Below, piece by piece: positions 1 to 16,185 of a DNA stretch of 64,000 bases (position 1 is its first letter; each line of letters starts with the position of its first letter). This DNA comes from the human T2T-CHM13v2.0 reference genome, Homo sapiens. The notes beneath the pieces are model-generated. The model had not been told where the DNA came from, made no database searches, and was given only the letters and a program-made list of their open reading frames with translations. Position numbers and translations under genes: made by a program. The DNA is taken from assembly GCF_009914755.1 (NCBI RefSeq), contig NC_060948.1; one strand, written 5' to 3'.

Positions 1-2842
<2,842 letters not shown>

Positions 2843-3512
2843 CTGTTCTTAAAAAATAAAAAACAGCAGATATTGGTGAGGTTGTGGAAGAAAAGAAATG
2901 CTTATACACTGTTGATGGGAATGTAAATTAGTTCAGACACTACGGAAAGTAGTTGAGAGCTTTCTTAAATAACTTAGCTATTTCTTAAATAACACAGAGC
3001 TACCATTTGACCCATTAATACTGCTACTGAATATATACACAAAGGAAAATAGATCATTAAATCAAAAGACACATGCACTCATATGTTCATTGCTAGGCTC
3101 TTCACAATAGCAAAGACATGCAATTAACCTAGTGCCCATCAGTGGTAGGTTGAATGAAAAAAATGTCATACATATACACCATAGAATACTATGCAGCCAT
3201 AAAAAAAATTAAATTATGTCTTTTGCAGCAACATGGATAAAGCTGGAGGCCATAATTCTAAGTGAACTAACACAAAAACCAAAAATCAAATACTGCATGT
3301 TCTCACTTGTAAGTGGGAGCTCAACATTGTGTACACATGGACATAAACATGGGAATAATAGATACTAGAGACTACTAGTCAGGAGAGAGTGTGGGGCTTG
3401 GGTTGAAAAACTACTTATTAGATACTAGGCCCAATATCCTGCATGCAATACACCCCTGTAACAAACCTGCACAAGTACCCCCTATACCTAAAGTAAAAGT
3501 TGAAATAAAAAA
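2843..3512 (+). mobile_element. Older L1 (L1PB/late L1PA-like) 3' end; host of the young L1
   Basis: Degenerate ORF2 C-terminal region, 3'UTR and A-rich tail. Confidence 0.9.
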
Positions 3513-3809
3513 ACTCAGGATAAAAAATCCTTTATATTTTTAAAAAATTAATAAGTAAGCTTGAAAGCAAGAAGACACAGTCTTCAGGTAACATACATAA
3601 TCTAATAAGAAACTTATAGCCATTAATTAGAGGGATGTAATCCTTTATGAAACTCTGAGATAATTGACATATTCCCCAGGATAGTTATTTTTTTTTTTGG
3701 CCAAAATATCTCATACATTTCAGGATATTTGGCTTTTCTGGACCCATTCACACTAAATGCCAATAAGATCCAATAGTCATTGCAACAAGTAATAATGCAT
3801 CAACTAGAA

Positions 3810-3975
3810 GAAAATTTATTACGAGGTTAATGAAGCTCAAATTTAAGGGTCTGCCATTAAATGAACTCCTCCCAGATCCCTGTACCTAATTTTGTATTTG
3901 TAAATTTGTATTATTCTTTAAAAGACATTAAGAGTTGTATAAAACTTCAGACCCCCCAGTTCTAGATTTTACCCT
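3810..3975. mobile_element. Small hAT-type DNA transposon relic (MER53-like)
   Basis: taatgaagct...ccctgtacctaattttgtattt...tgtataaaacttcag resembles the recalled consensus. Confidence 0.5.
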
Positions 3976-5423
3976 GACTCAAACATTGTCAAACTCCGTC
4001 AGCCTAGGGAAGGAGGGACAGATACATTCTCAATTGAGAAACAGTGTTTTCAGGAAAAGGGATATTTACACACAAGTGAGGATTGGAACTGAGCCTATAG
4101 TCTATTTGTGTGTTGGATTCCTGAAAGTCCTCCCCTCTATATATCCAGAAGTGTGAAAATGATTGTGACATGTGTGACCCTAAATGTGGATAAGGAAGAC
4201 TCTTTTTCCCGGCCTCAAAAAATGGATTACTAGTGAATTTTTTGTCCTGAAATATGAGTCTAAGGAATTCATCTGCAATAAACCAACATCACTATGTGTT
4301 TCAACCATGTGTGTTTGAGGGCTGAAATTACCAACTTATGTAACAATTTTCAGCCAAAAAATTAAGACAATAAATCCTATGAGGATGATCTTACTAATAA
4401 AAATTACAAAATACCTCCCAAATCTCACCACTACAAGGCAAAGTTAGCATATGTAACAAATAGAAGAATTCACACTGGAGAAAATAAAAATAATAACACG
4501 AGCATATGTTATGTCACAGGAATTTAAGGTGCCACATTCCTGTGACAATCTGGAAAAGCCAAAAAAAAAAGTCCTACAGCTTGAAGATCTTTATAATCTG
4601 TCTTTCGGCATAAAATTAAAGGTTTTTTTTGTTTTTTTTTTTTTTTTTTTTTTTAAATCAGACCTATGAAACCAGTTCAGACTAAGAACCTCAAGAATGC
4701 TCTGGATTCCAGCTTGAGATGATCTTTGGGTTTGACTGTTGACTCTATCCTATTCTGACAACAAAATCAACTTCTAGGAGTTTCAGAACTTTTAGAAATG
4801 TGATGTAAGCTATTGTTCATTTTCTTATAAACATGATCACATATGTATATAACAAATTTTGTATACAACATCAAGATCATCACAAATTACCCAACATTTA
4901 TTACTGTACCCCAAAGCAGTCATAAACCCTGGTTAACAACACCTATTATAGATAATAATATCTATGTATAGAAGCAACTGTTGAAATCCTTTAGATTTTA
5001 TGTATCGCAAAAAATTGGGGTTCTATGAAGAGGCTTATATCTCAGCCCTTGTTTATTTCCTCTATGTTGTACTTCCATTTGGTACAGATATAATATAACC
5101 TGTATATATTATTTAGCTACAGAAAGCATCAAGTAATTTGAGCAAATTCATACTTTTTCATAGATCATTAAATTTCACAATGCTCTTAATCCATACCCTT
5201 TCAGAGGTGGAGAGTAGGAGATCCAAGCTAAAATGTTAAAAGTATATAACAAATAAATATGTTAAGATAAAATAAAACTTGAAATTAGTATATAATTGAA
5301 ATAGTGATAGAAGATAAATAAGATAAGGTCAGAAGTGACAATGGCTTAAAGATGCATGTTAAAATTACGTAGTATATTTTCCATACCAGGATGCAAATGT
5401 GACTTAAGCTTTCAAGTAGAAAA

Positions 5424-5854
5424 TGTGAACCCCAAAAATCTGAGACAGGTCTCAGTTAATTTAAAAAGTTTATTTTGCCAAGGTAGAGGATGCAGGCCTG
5501 TGACACAGCCTCATGAGATCCTGACAATATGTTCCCAAAGTGGTCAGAGCACTGTTTGATTTTATGGATTCCAGGGAGACATGAGACATCAATCAACATT
5601 TCCAAGATGAGCATTGGTTTGGTCTGGAAAGGGACAACTCAAAGCAAAGGTGGGAAGACTGAAAGCAGGGAGAGGACTTCCAGGTCATAGGTAGGTAAGA
5701 GACAAATAGCTGCATTCTTTTGAATTTCTGATTAGCCTCTCCCAAGGAGGGAATCAGATATGCATTTATCTCAGTGAGCAGAGGAGTGACTTTGAAAAGC
5801 ATGGGAGGCAGGTTGGCCCTAAGCAGTTTCTAGCTTGACTTTTCCCCTTTCACA
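5424..5854 (-). mobile_element. ERV1 solo LTR, MER4A-like
   Basis: TG...CA termini, AAAA flanks on both sides (4-bp TSD), tctgagacaggtctcagttaattta...ttttgccaagg motif. Confidence 0.85.
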
Positions 5855-5917
5855 AAAATGTAAAGCATTATTTTCTGATATTGCTTAATCCAAGAATATA
5901 TTTAAAAGCATATAAAT

Positions 5918-6115
5918 CTGGGATCAGAAAACACTTTCTTTAAATAGTGAATAGTTTAAATATTGCGAGCCATATGGTCTCAAACTCATATTCTTTGCTT
6001 TTTTTGTTTTCTGTTTATTTTATATTAGTTTGTTTTACAGCCCTTAAAAACTGTAAAAGACTTTCTTAGCTCCCAGGCCATACAAAAACAGATCCATAAG
6101 TTTGCCAACCTCTGA
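5918..6115. mobile_element. MER58-family hAT-Charlie MITE
   Basis: Terminal agtttgccaacctctg; internal gccatatggtctc and ttcttagctcccaggccatacaaaaacag. Confidence 0.65.
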
Positions 6116-6344
6116 TATGGAAATTTGATTGACTAAGGATTCTTTAAACAATTTTGCATAGATATTGCCTCTTTCTACTGAAATTTGCTAAGACAGCAAT
6201 GCTAAATTTCAAGTCGTGCTTACTAATAAGTACCTGATTTATAACCCTTCTTATTTACCAGTTAATTATGAAAGCTATATTATTTCCCAGCAAGTCAAGT
6301 TAGGGATATAATTGCTATTGTCTTGAAAAAGTTTAGAAACCTGA

Positions 6345-6742
6345 CTGTTATTTTGGTTTTCTTGAGAGCAGATGCCAATATGAGATTAGATATTCAAGAC
6401 ATATGTTTAAAGTAATGTTTATGGAAGATAAACAGAAAAAGCAGAGATAATCTTCATACAGTAATACCGAAACCTGTGAAAGAACAAACCATAGGGAGGT
6501 GGATTGAATATGAAAAGATCCAGACTGTAGCACAGCTTTGAAAAAGATTTGGTCAGGCCATAAAATAGTGCTATGTCCCACAGAGAATACTCATAGTCTG
6601 TTATTGACTGAGGTATTCCAGAAGAAATGTGGACTCAGCACAAAGCAGAGATATATCTAGAGGAACAGTGGCTAGGATTTTCAGCCAACTACACTTCCCA
6701 GAGCAAAAGATCTGAGTGACACATTTCCCTGTCTGCCTACAC
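6345..6742. mobile_element. Old MaLR (MLT1-family) LTR
   Basis: agcagatgcc..tgagattaga..caaga start and cagactgtagcacagct motif; degenerate. Confidence 0.55.
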
Positions 6743-6859
6743 TGACAAAAAAACACAGTTTTTAAAGAATGGCAAATTTGTCAAATAATTATGTACAAAA
6801 AAGCATCAGTAATTTAAAAGAGAATTATTTCAGCCTTTTTTACATTTTATTTTTTAAGT

Positions 6860-7144
6860 GGAAGATTTTTATTATTTTATTTTTATAGATTTTTAATTTT
6901 TAATTTTTATGAGCACATAGTGGGTGTGTATATTTATGGGGTATATAAAATGTTTTGATAGAGGCATGCAATATGAAATAATTAATCACTTCACAGAAAA
7001 TGGGGTATCCATTTCTTCAAGCATTTATCCTTTGAGTTACAAACAATCCAATTACACCCTTTAAGTTATTTTAAAATGTACAATTAAGTTATTGTTGATT
7101 TTAGTCACCTTGTTGTGCTATCAAATAGTAGGTCTTATTCATTC
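6860..7144 (-). mobile_element. L1MA (L1MA1-3-like) 3'UTR fragment
   Basis: T-rich tail; antisense similarity to 41650-41900 in this window. Confidence 0.85.
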
Positions 7145-7158
7145 GATAATAGAATTGA

Positions 7159-7557
<399 letters not shown>

Positions 7558-8281
7558 TGAGTTAGGGTGAATTCCCTCCTTGTCAATTTTTTGGAATAGT
7601 TTCAAGAGTTTTGGTTTTAGTTTTTCTTTGTATGTTTGGTAGAATTCAGCTCTGAATCCATTTGGTTGTGGGCTTTTTTTGTGGAAGAGGTTTTTTATTA
7701 CAGATTAAATCTCACTACTCATTATTGGTCTATTCAAGAGGTCTATTTATTTGTGGTACAATCATCTGGAAAGCTTCTATGTTACCAGGAATGTATCCAT
7801 TTCCTCTAGGTTTTCTAGTTGTTCATAATAGTCTTCGAAGAACTTTTGTATTTCTGTGGTATCAGTTGTAATGTCTTCTTTTACATTTCTGATTGTGTTT
7901 ATTTGGATCTACTCCATTTTCTTGGTTAATCTGGTAATGGGTTTATTAATTTTGTTTATGTTATCGAAGAACCAATTTTTCATTTCAATCATCTTTTGTA
8001 TTTTTTTTTTTTTTGGTCTCAATTTGATTTAGTTCTTCTCTGACCTTTGGTATTTCTTTTCTTCTGCTAACTCTTGTGATGATTTCTTTTTCTTGTTTTT
8101 CTAGTTCCTTGAGGTGTGATGTTATTTGTAATCTTTTTACCTTTATGATGTAGATATTTAATGCTATAAACCTCCCTTATAATACTGCTTTTGCTGTATC
8201 CCAAAAGTTTTGATGTCATGTTTTTATTTTTATTTATTTCAAATGTTTTTACAATTTTTTTCATTTCTTCATTAACCCAGT

Positions 8282-8478
8282 TGTTATTGGAAAGAGGTCC
8301 CGATCCAGATCCCGAGATGGTTCTTGGATCTCACACAGGAAAAAATTCAGGGTGAGTCTGCAGTGCAAAGTAAATACAACTTTATTAAGAGAGTAAAGTG
8401 GTGAAAGAACAGCTACTCCATAGAGTAGGACATTCCTGAAAGTAAGAGGAGGAACACATCCACCCTAGTTACAATGCT

Positions 8479-8510
<32 letters not shown>

Positions 8511-9269
8511 CATGTGTGTGTGTGTATATATATACACATACATATATATATACATATATACATATGCATATGTATATGCATGTGCATATACATATATGTA
8601 TATACGTATATGCATATGCATATGTATATACGTATATACGTATATGCATATGCATATGTATATATTTATGTGTATATATGTGTATATATGTGCATATGTA
8701 TATATATGTATATATGTGTATATGTATATTTATGTATATATGTGTATATGTATATATGTATATAAGTATATATGTATGCATATGTATATATGTATATACA
8801 TATATGTGTATATGTATATATACACATATATATGTATATACATATATACACATACATATATGTATATACATATATACACACATATATATGTATATACATA
8901 TATATACACACATATATATGTATATACATATATATACACATACATATATATATGATACAAATAGATCTTGGAGAGATGTGTTCTGATGCAAGGGTTTGTG
9001 ATAAAGGATTAATTACTACATTTTGCAAGAATCAATATTATTATCTTTAAAGCAAAATTAGGAATGCCCTTGTTCTCCAGATATGGGGATATCTGGACAT
9101 GCCCAAGTCTGGGTCTGTTTCAGTAAACTTCATTAATTTGTTCCCGTAATGGTAAGCATCTAGAGTCTAGGAATTTCTAATTTTCTGGGAATGCAGCCAA
9201 GCAAGTCTCGGCGTCATTTTCCTGGTCCTCACTCAAAATGGAGTCACTCTGGTTTGAACGCCTCTGACA
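8282..9269 (-). mobile_element. ERV1 solo LTR, MER41-family, containing an expanded microsatellite
   Basis: Minus strand starts TGTCAGAGGCGTTCAAACCAGAGTGACTCCATTTTGAG; TG...CA ends; flanks CAGT/CAAT. Confidence 0.85.
8478..8953. repeat. Compound (TG)n/(TATG)n/(CATA)n purine-pyrimidine microsatellite, about 475 bp
   Basis: Directly visible; produces spurious Y/I/C/H/M-rich ORFs. Confidence 0.98.
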
Positions 9270-10779
9270 CAATGATTGTGCAGGAGCATGCTATTTAATT
9301 TCTATGTATTTGTTTAATTCACAAAGTTTCTCTTGGTATTCATTTCTAGCTTTATTCCACTGTGGTGTGAGAAGATACTTGATGAGGTTTTAATTTTTAA
9401 AATATATTGACTTGTTTTGTAGCCTAATATGAGATCTATCTTAGAAAATGTTACATGTACTGATAAAAATACTTTGTAGTCTGTAATTCTTGTGTAGAAT
9501 GTTATGTAAATATCTGTTTAGTCCATTTGATCTAAGATCTAATTTAAGTCCAATCTTTCTTTGTTAGTCTCTGTCTTAATGATCTATTTTGAGCTGTTAG
9601 TGGGGTGTTGAAGTCTCTGACTATTATTGTATTGCTTTCTATGTATTTTTTTAGGTCCAGTAATATTTGTTTTGTAAATTTAGATACTTCAATGTTAGGC
9701 ACATATATATTTAGACCTGTTGTAGCCTCTTGCTGAATTGATCCCTTTATTATATAATGACATTCGTTGTCTTTTTAAAATTGTTTCTGATTTAAAGTCT
9801 ACTTTAGCTGATATAAGTATAGCTACTCCTGCTCACTTTTTGTTTCCATTTGTGTGAAATATCTTTTTCTACCCCTTTACTTTCAATCTGTATGTACTTT
9901 TATTGGTTAGATAAGTTTCTTTTAAGCAGGATATAGTTGGATCACTTTTTAAGTCCATTCTATCGATCTATTTTTTAAGTGCAGCATTTAGTCCATTTGT
10001 ATTCAGGATTAATATTAATATGTGATTCATTGTCCTGGTAATATTGTTAATTGTTTTCAAATTGTTTTTACGAATTTTTGTTTCCCTTTTATTCTCTTTT
10101 TGTCTTTGTGGTTTCAGAAAATTCTGTCATGTTGCCATTTCATTCTTTCTCTTCCCCCTTTATGTGCTTGTTTTCTGAGAACTGTGTGTTTTATACTTCC
10201 ATGGGTTTTTATGATAGCGAATGTCAACCTTTCATTTCCATATTTAAGGCTTCTTTGAGCATTTCCTGTATTGCTAGTCTAGTGGCAAATTCACTTAGCA
10301 TTTGCTTATATGAATAAAATTTTATTTCTCCTTCATTTGTGAAGCTTATTCCAAATAAAATTCTTCGTGGACAGTGTTTTTCTTTTAGCACCTTAAAAAT
10401 GCAGTTTCATTCTCTTATGGCCTGTAAGGTTTCTGCTGGAAAGTTCAATGTTAATCTAACAGAGTTTCCTTCATAGCTTACTAGATACATTTTTCTTGTT
10501 AATTTTAAAATTCTTTCTTTTACTTGAACTTTAGACATTCTGAATACAGTGTTTCATGTTAAAGTAATTTTTGCAATGTGTTTGTCTGAGTAGCACTGGG
10601 TTTCTGTACCTCAATGCCTAACTCTCTTGCTAAACTTGAAAAGTTTACATCGATTACTTCCTTAAATATGTTTTCTATAACTTTTATTTCCATTCCCCCA
10701 CAGTAATACCAATAATTTGTAAATTAATCAATTTATTTAGTCCCAGATGTCTCAAAGACTTTTTAAAATCAACTTTTAG

Positions 10780-11845
10780 ATTTTGTTATCAAATACTCCT
10801 GAATGCAGGAACAGCATAATAGGACATACTCAGTGCCCTGGATTACCACACTTAATTGAAGTAAACCATGATGTAAATAAAATAAATGTTGAGATGGATT
10901 GTTTATCCAGTGAAATAATGAGTTTACTTCTTCTTGCTGATGGAGTAGCAGTTAATACTAACAAAAAAGACGAAATTTCAGATGCTGTGGTAAGAAGGAA
11001 ACTAAACTTTTCAATTACACCTCAGAATGTTTTAATGAGTAGCTCTGAAAAAATTATGCCATCACAAAATGACATCTCACAAACTAACATTTCTCAGTCA
11101 GTTCTATTTGATAATAAAAATCTCATTACTGAATGCCACCGTGTTAATTCAACCTAAACTGTCATAGTCCATCCATTTAGCTGGAGAGACATCAAGAACA
11201 TGCCAGACACATTTTATTTGGTGGTAAGCTGATTGCTTTTTCACCTTTAAGCCTCTCTGTGTAGAACAATCAGAAGAATTTTAAATTTAAAAGTAAAACA
11301 AAATACTTCCTTCTGTATTTTTAATGCTGTAATATATTCTTTCTTTTTTGGACAGGATCTCATTCTGTGTGTAGACTGGAGTACGGTGACATGACCACAG
11401 TGTGCTGTAGCCTCAACCTCCTGGGCTCAAGCTATCCAAAGGAGCTGGGACTACAGGCACACACAGCTATGGGTGGCTATTTTTTTTTTAATTTTGTAGA
11501 TACAGGGTCTCACTAAGTTGCCCAGGCTGGTCTCAATCTCCCGACCTCAAGGAATCCTCCTGCCTTTGCCTCCCAAAGTGCTGAAATTACAGGCATGAGC
11601 CTCTATGCCTAGTCTGTAATATATTCTTTAGACTATTAAAAATTTGGGTAATATATATGTATATTCACGTCTATTGAATCTACTTGTGTAATATTATCTG
11701 TTTAAATGTTAATTGTTAAGTGAACTGTATGTTTTCAGCTATATATCTCAGCAATATATTCCAATTTAGATACAATACTGTTTTTCAAGGGAGGTGGAAA
11801 TATTTTGTACATTAACCATGCAAAATAAAATTGTACTTTAAAATA
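10780..11845 (+). pseudogene. DLGAP5: 5'-truncated processed pseudogene of DLGAP5 (HURP): C-terminal coding region plus 3'UTR
   Basis: ORF 10783..11157 (QCPGLPHLIEVNH..DCLSSEIMSL..NTNKK..ISQSVLFDNKNLITECH) and downstream ERHQEHARHILFGGKLIAFSPL align to the recalled human DLGAP5 C-terminus (QCPGLPDLIEENH..DCLSSERMSL..HQEHARHISFGGNLITFSPL). No introns, a frameshift near 11150, a TAG stop, AATAAA near 11824. The symbol given is the parent gene; the numbered pseudogene cannot be assigned here. Confidence 0.88.
11343..11614 (-). mobile_element. AluJ inserted in the DLGAP5 retrocopy 3'UTR
   Basis: AluJ-type gcctcaacctcctgggctcaag and agggtctcact; TSD tgtaatatattcttt at 11328-11342 and 11615-11629. 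Confidence 0.92.
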
Positions 11846-14182
11846 CATTGATTTTTAGATGTTAAAACAACTTTGCATTCTTGGGACAAATCTGAGATAA
11901 TCGTTTATGATCCATTTAACATGCTGCTGTATTCAGTTGGCTAGCATTTTGTTGAGCATTTTTACATCTGTTATAAGAGATATCAGACTGTGTGTTTTTT
12001 TATTTTGTTTTCTTTGGTTTTCATATCCAGATATTATTGGACTAAAATAAAGAGTTGGGAAGTATTTCTTTCTGTTCTGTTTTTGGAAGCATTTATGAGT
12101 AATTGGTATCAGTTATTTAAGTGCTTGTTAGAATACAGTAGCAAAATCTTTTTTTCTGGGTCTTTGTGAATATATTTTTGGTTAGTAATTTAATCTCTGT
12201 GCATGTACTTCTTTTCAGGGTTTTCCTTTTTTTTAAGTCACTTTCAGCATTTTGTGTTTCTCTAGGAACTTTTCTATTTTATGTAAGCTATTCAATTTGT
12301 TGGCATACAATTGGTTATAGTATTCCTTTATAATATTTGAGAAATTTCTGAATAGTTGGTAGTAATGTCACCTAATACTTTAGCTGTGGAATCAGGTCTC
12401 CCTTCCTTCATTCTTGGTTAATTGAACTAAAAGTTTTTCAAGTTTGTTGAATTCTTGAAGCACCAATTTTTGGTTTTGTTGCACTTCTGTATTCTTTTCT
12501 ATTTTAGATTTTACTAATTTCCAGTATAAACTTTATTCTTTTTTCAATATACTTACTTTTAGTTTTCTCTTTTTTCCATTTTCCTAAGGCAGTCAGTTAG
12601 ATTATTGATTTGAGAACTTTCTTCTATCTGAATATAGACATTTTTACCTATATATTTCTCTCTATGCACTATTTAGCTACATCTCATAAGTTTTTGCATG
12701 TGTTTTATATTTTTATTTATTTCAAATTATTTTCTAATTTTCCTTGTGATTATTTATTTGACCCATTTGTTGTATAGAAGTGTATTGTTTAATTTTCACA
12801 TATTTGTGAGTTTCCAAATTTTCTTTATTATTGGTTCCTAGTTCCATTCCATTATAACTGAACCAAAATAATTTGTATTATTTCAATCCTTATAACCTTA
12901 TTTGTCATTTTTTGTTCTCTTTATTTGTTCCTTAATTTCTGTTACCATTTGCTGTAATTACTACAGACTTATACAGCCTTGGTCTCACCTACATCCTTCA
13001 TGATATTATTCACACTAATATCACATATTTGTTTGCTATATAAGCCAGATACAATTATATACATGTTGTCTTATACAATTGTTTTTAAATTTGTTAAGAG
13101 AAGAAATAAGAAATATCTGCTTCTGTGTTAATTTTTCAATTGCATAATTACCTTTGCTGTTGCTCTTTGTTTTTGTATGTGTACGTAAATTATTTTCTGC
13201 AGTCACTTGCTTTTATCCTAAAGAACTTCCTTTGCTATTTATTATAAAGCAGGTTTGCTAACAACACATTCTCTTAATTTTTAAATATTTTTGAAATGTC
13301 TTTATTTTGTCTTCATTGTTGAAAGATATTTTTTCTAAATATAAGATTTTTGATTGCCTTTTTTTTTCTCAAAGCACTTCAAATATGTATCTCACTGCTT
13401 TATGGTCTCCTTTGTTTCTGATAAAAAGGCACTTTTTAATCTTATTGGAGTTTCATTGTAAGTTATAAATAAGTTTGCTCTTGCTGATTGCAAAATTTTC
13501 CTCTTGTCTTTGATTTTCAGCATTTACATTATAAAGTTTCTTTGCCTATTTTTCTGTTTTGCTTACATAGCATTTGTTGAGTTTCTAGAATGTGTTGATT
13601 AAAATTTTTCATCAAATTTAGCAAATTTTGAGCATTATTTTTTGAAGTATTATTTCTGCTTTTTTTACTCCTCTCTGTTACTTTCTTTACTGGTAAGTTT
13701 GTGTGCTTAATGTTCCACATTTCTGTGAGAATATGTTCATTTTTATTTATTCTAATTTTCTTTATTTTATTTTATTTTATTATTATTATACTTTAAGTTT
13801 TAGGGTACATGTGCACAATGTGCAGGTTAGTTACATATGTATACATGTGCCATGCTGGTGTGCTGCACCCATTAACTCGTCATTTAGCATTAGGTGTTTC
13901 TCCTAATGCTATCCCTCCATTGCGGCACTATTCACAATAGCAAAGACTTGGAACCAACTGAAATGTCCAACAATGATAGACTGGATTATTCTAATTTTCT
14001 TTTAATTTTTGATTTATATAATTTCTATCAATTTATCTTCAAGTCTGCTAATTCTTATACCATGAAGCATCTTTAGTAAATTGTTCATTTTTCATTATTG
14101 TATCTATCAATTCCATAGTTTTCATTTTAATAACTTATCTCTTTATTAATATTCTCTGATGAAACATTGTCAATTACCTGTT
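11846..14182 (-). mobile_element. Ancient L1M (ORF2/ORF1 remnants)
   Basis: Degenerate antisense L1; ORF 13529..13720 is ORF1-like. Confidence 0.75.
13764..13988 (-). mobile_element. Short 5'-inverted L1PA insertion (about 225 bp)
   Basis: Antisense 3' end 13764-13918, sense piece 13919-13988, 17-bp TSD ttattctaattttcttt. Confidence 0.93.
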
Positions 14183-15758
14183 TGATACAGTTTGGATCTG
14201 TGTACCCACTAAATCTCATGTCGAATTGTAATCCTCAATGTTGAAGGTGGGACCTGGTGGAAGGTGATTGGATTATGGGGGCAAATATTTCATAAATGGT
14301 ATAGCATCATCTCTCTTGGTGATGTCCTCATGATAGCAAGTTCTCATGAGATCTGGTTGCTTAAAAGTGTTTCGCAGCTCTCCCCTCTCACTTTTGCTCC
14401 TGCTCTGGCCATGTGACATATCTGCTCCCCTTTTACTTTCTGCCATAATTACAAGTTTTATGAGGCCTCTCCAGAGCCCAATCATATGCCGCTATATTTC
14501 CTGCACAGTCTGCTGAACCATGAGACAAGTAAACCTCTTTTCTTTATAAAGTACCCAATCCCAGGTATTTCTTTATAGCAATATGAGAAAAGACTAATAC
14601 AGAAAATTGGTACCAAGGCTTAAAGCATTGTTATCAAGATACCAAAAAATGTGAAAGCAGTTTTGGAATTGGGTAAGAGGCAGATGTTGGAAGTGTGTTG
14701 AGGGCTCAGAGGAAGACAGAAAGATGAGGGAATGTTTGGAAATTCCTAGAGATTGGTTAAATGGTTGTGACTAAAACACCAATAGTGATATGAACAATGA
14801 AGGCCAGGCTATAGAGGTCTCAGACAGATAAGAGAAACTTATTGGGAACTGGAAAAAAGGTCATTTTTGTTATGCTTGAGCAAAGAATTTGGCTGCATTG
14901 TACATCTGCCCTAAAGATCTGTGAAACTTTAATGTTCAGAATGATAATTTAGGGTAGCTGGTGGCTGGTGAAAGACATTTCTAAGCAGCAAAGCATCCAA
15001 GAAGTGTCCTGGCTGCTTCTAACAGCCTATGCTTATATGATATGCATGAGCAAATAAATGACTTAAGGCTGGAACTTGTATTTAAAGGGTAAGTAGAGTA
15101 TAGAAGTTTTGAAAATTTACAGCTTGGCCTTGTGGTAAAAATGAAAAGCTTATTTGCAGGGGAAGAAATCAGGCAAGCAGCAGAAATTTTCATAAGTAAA
15201 AAGGAGCCAAGTTTTAACAGCCAAGAAAATGGGGAAAAAGCCTCAAAGGCATTTCAGAAATCACCGTGGCAGCCACTCCTATCATGGACCCTGAGGCATA
15301 GGGGGACCAAATAGTTTGTGGGCCAGCATAAGGACCCCAATGCCCTGCATAACATGGTTACAATGCAACCTGCATTCCAGCCATTCCAGCTCCAGCCATA
15401 CCTCAAATGTGCCTAAGTACAGCTTGAGCTGCTGCTTCAGAGGGTGAAAGTGGAAAGTCTTTGTGGTTTTCAAATGGTGTTAAGTCTGTGGGTGCACAGA
15501 ATGTAAGAGTAAAAGGCATGGGAACCTTGACCTAGATTTTAGGGGATGTATTGAAAACCCTGCATGTCCAGAAAGAAGCCTGCTGCAAGGGTGGAACCTT
15601 CATGGAGAACCTCTACTAGGACAGTGTGAAGAAAAAAATGTGGGTATGGAGCCACCACACAAAGTCCCCACTGGGACATTGCCTAGTGGAGGTGTGAGAA
15701 TAGGTCTATTATCCTCCAGACCCAGAAAAATTAGATCCACTGACAACTTGTACCCTGC
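14183..15758 (+). mobile_element. MSTA-like LTR (14183-14601) plus internal sequence
   Basis: tgatacagtttggatctgtgt...gactaataca followed by gaaaattggtacc MaLR-int start. Confidence 0.9.
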
Positions 15759-16185
15759 TTGGCTTCTGGAGAGGCCTCATAAAACTGACAATCATGATGG
15801 AATGTAAAGGAAGAACAGACATATTACATGACCAGAGAAGGAGCAAGAGAGAGAGGGAGGAGGTCATACATACTTTTAAACCATCAAATCTCATGAGAAC
15901 TCACTATCATGATGACAGCACCACCATGGATCATGCTAAACCATTCATGAGAAATCTGCCTCAATGATCCAATCACCCACCACCAGGCCCCATCTTCAAC
16001 ACTGAGGATTACAATTCCACATGAGATTTGGTGAGGACACAGATCCAAACCATATAATTCCACTCCTGGCATCTGCAAATCTTATGTCCTCACATTGCAA
16101 AATACAATCATGCTTTGCCAACAGTCTCCTAAAGTCTTAACACATTCCAGCATTAACTGAAATTCCAAGGTCCAAAGTCACATCT
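15755..16185 (-). mobile_element. Inverted MST fragment (int 3' end plus part of LTR)
   Basis: Antisense LTR ending atccaaaccatata at about 16055, then antisense internal sequence. Confidence 0.85.

Noticed and set aside
8413-9050. Overlapping ORFs of up to 192 aa rich in Y/I/C/H
   Set aside because: Artifacts of translating a stop-free purine-pyrimidine microsatellite
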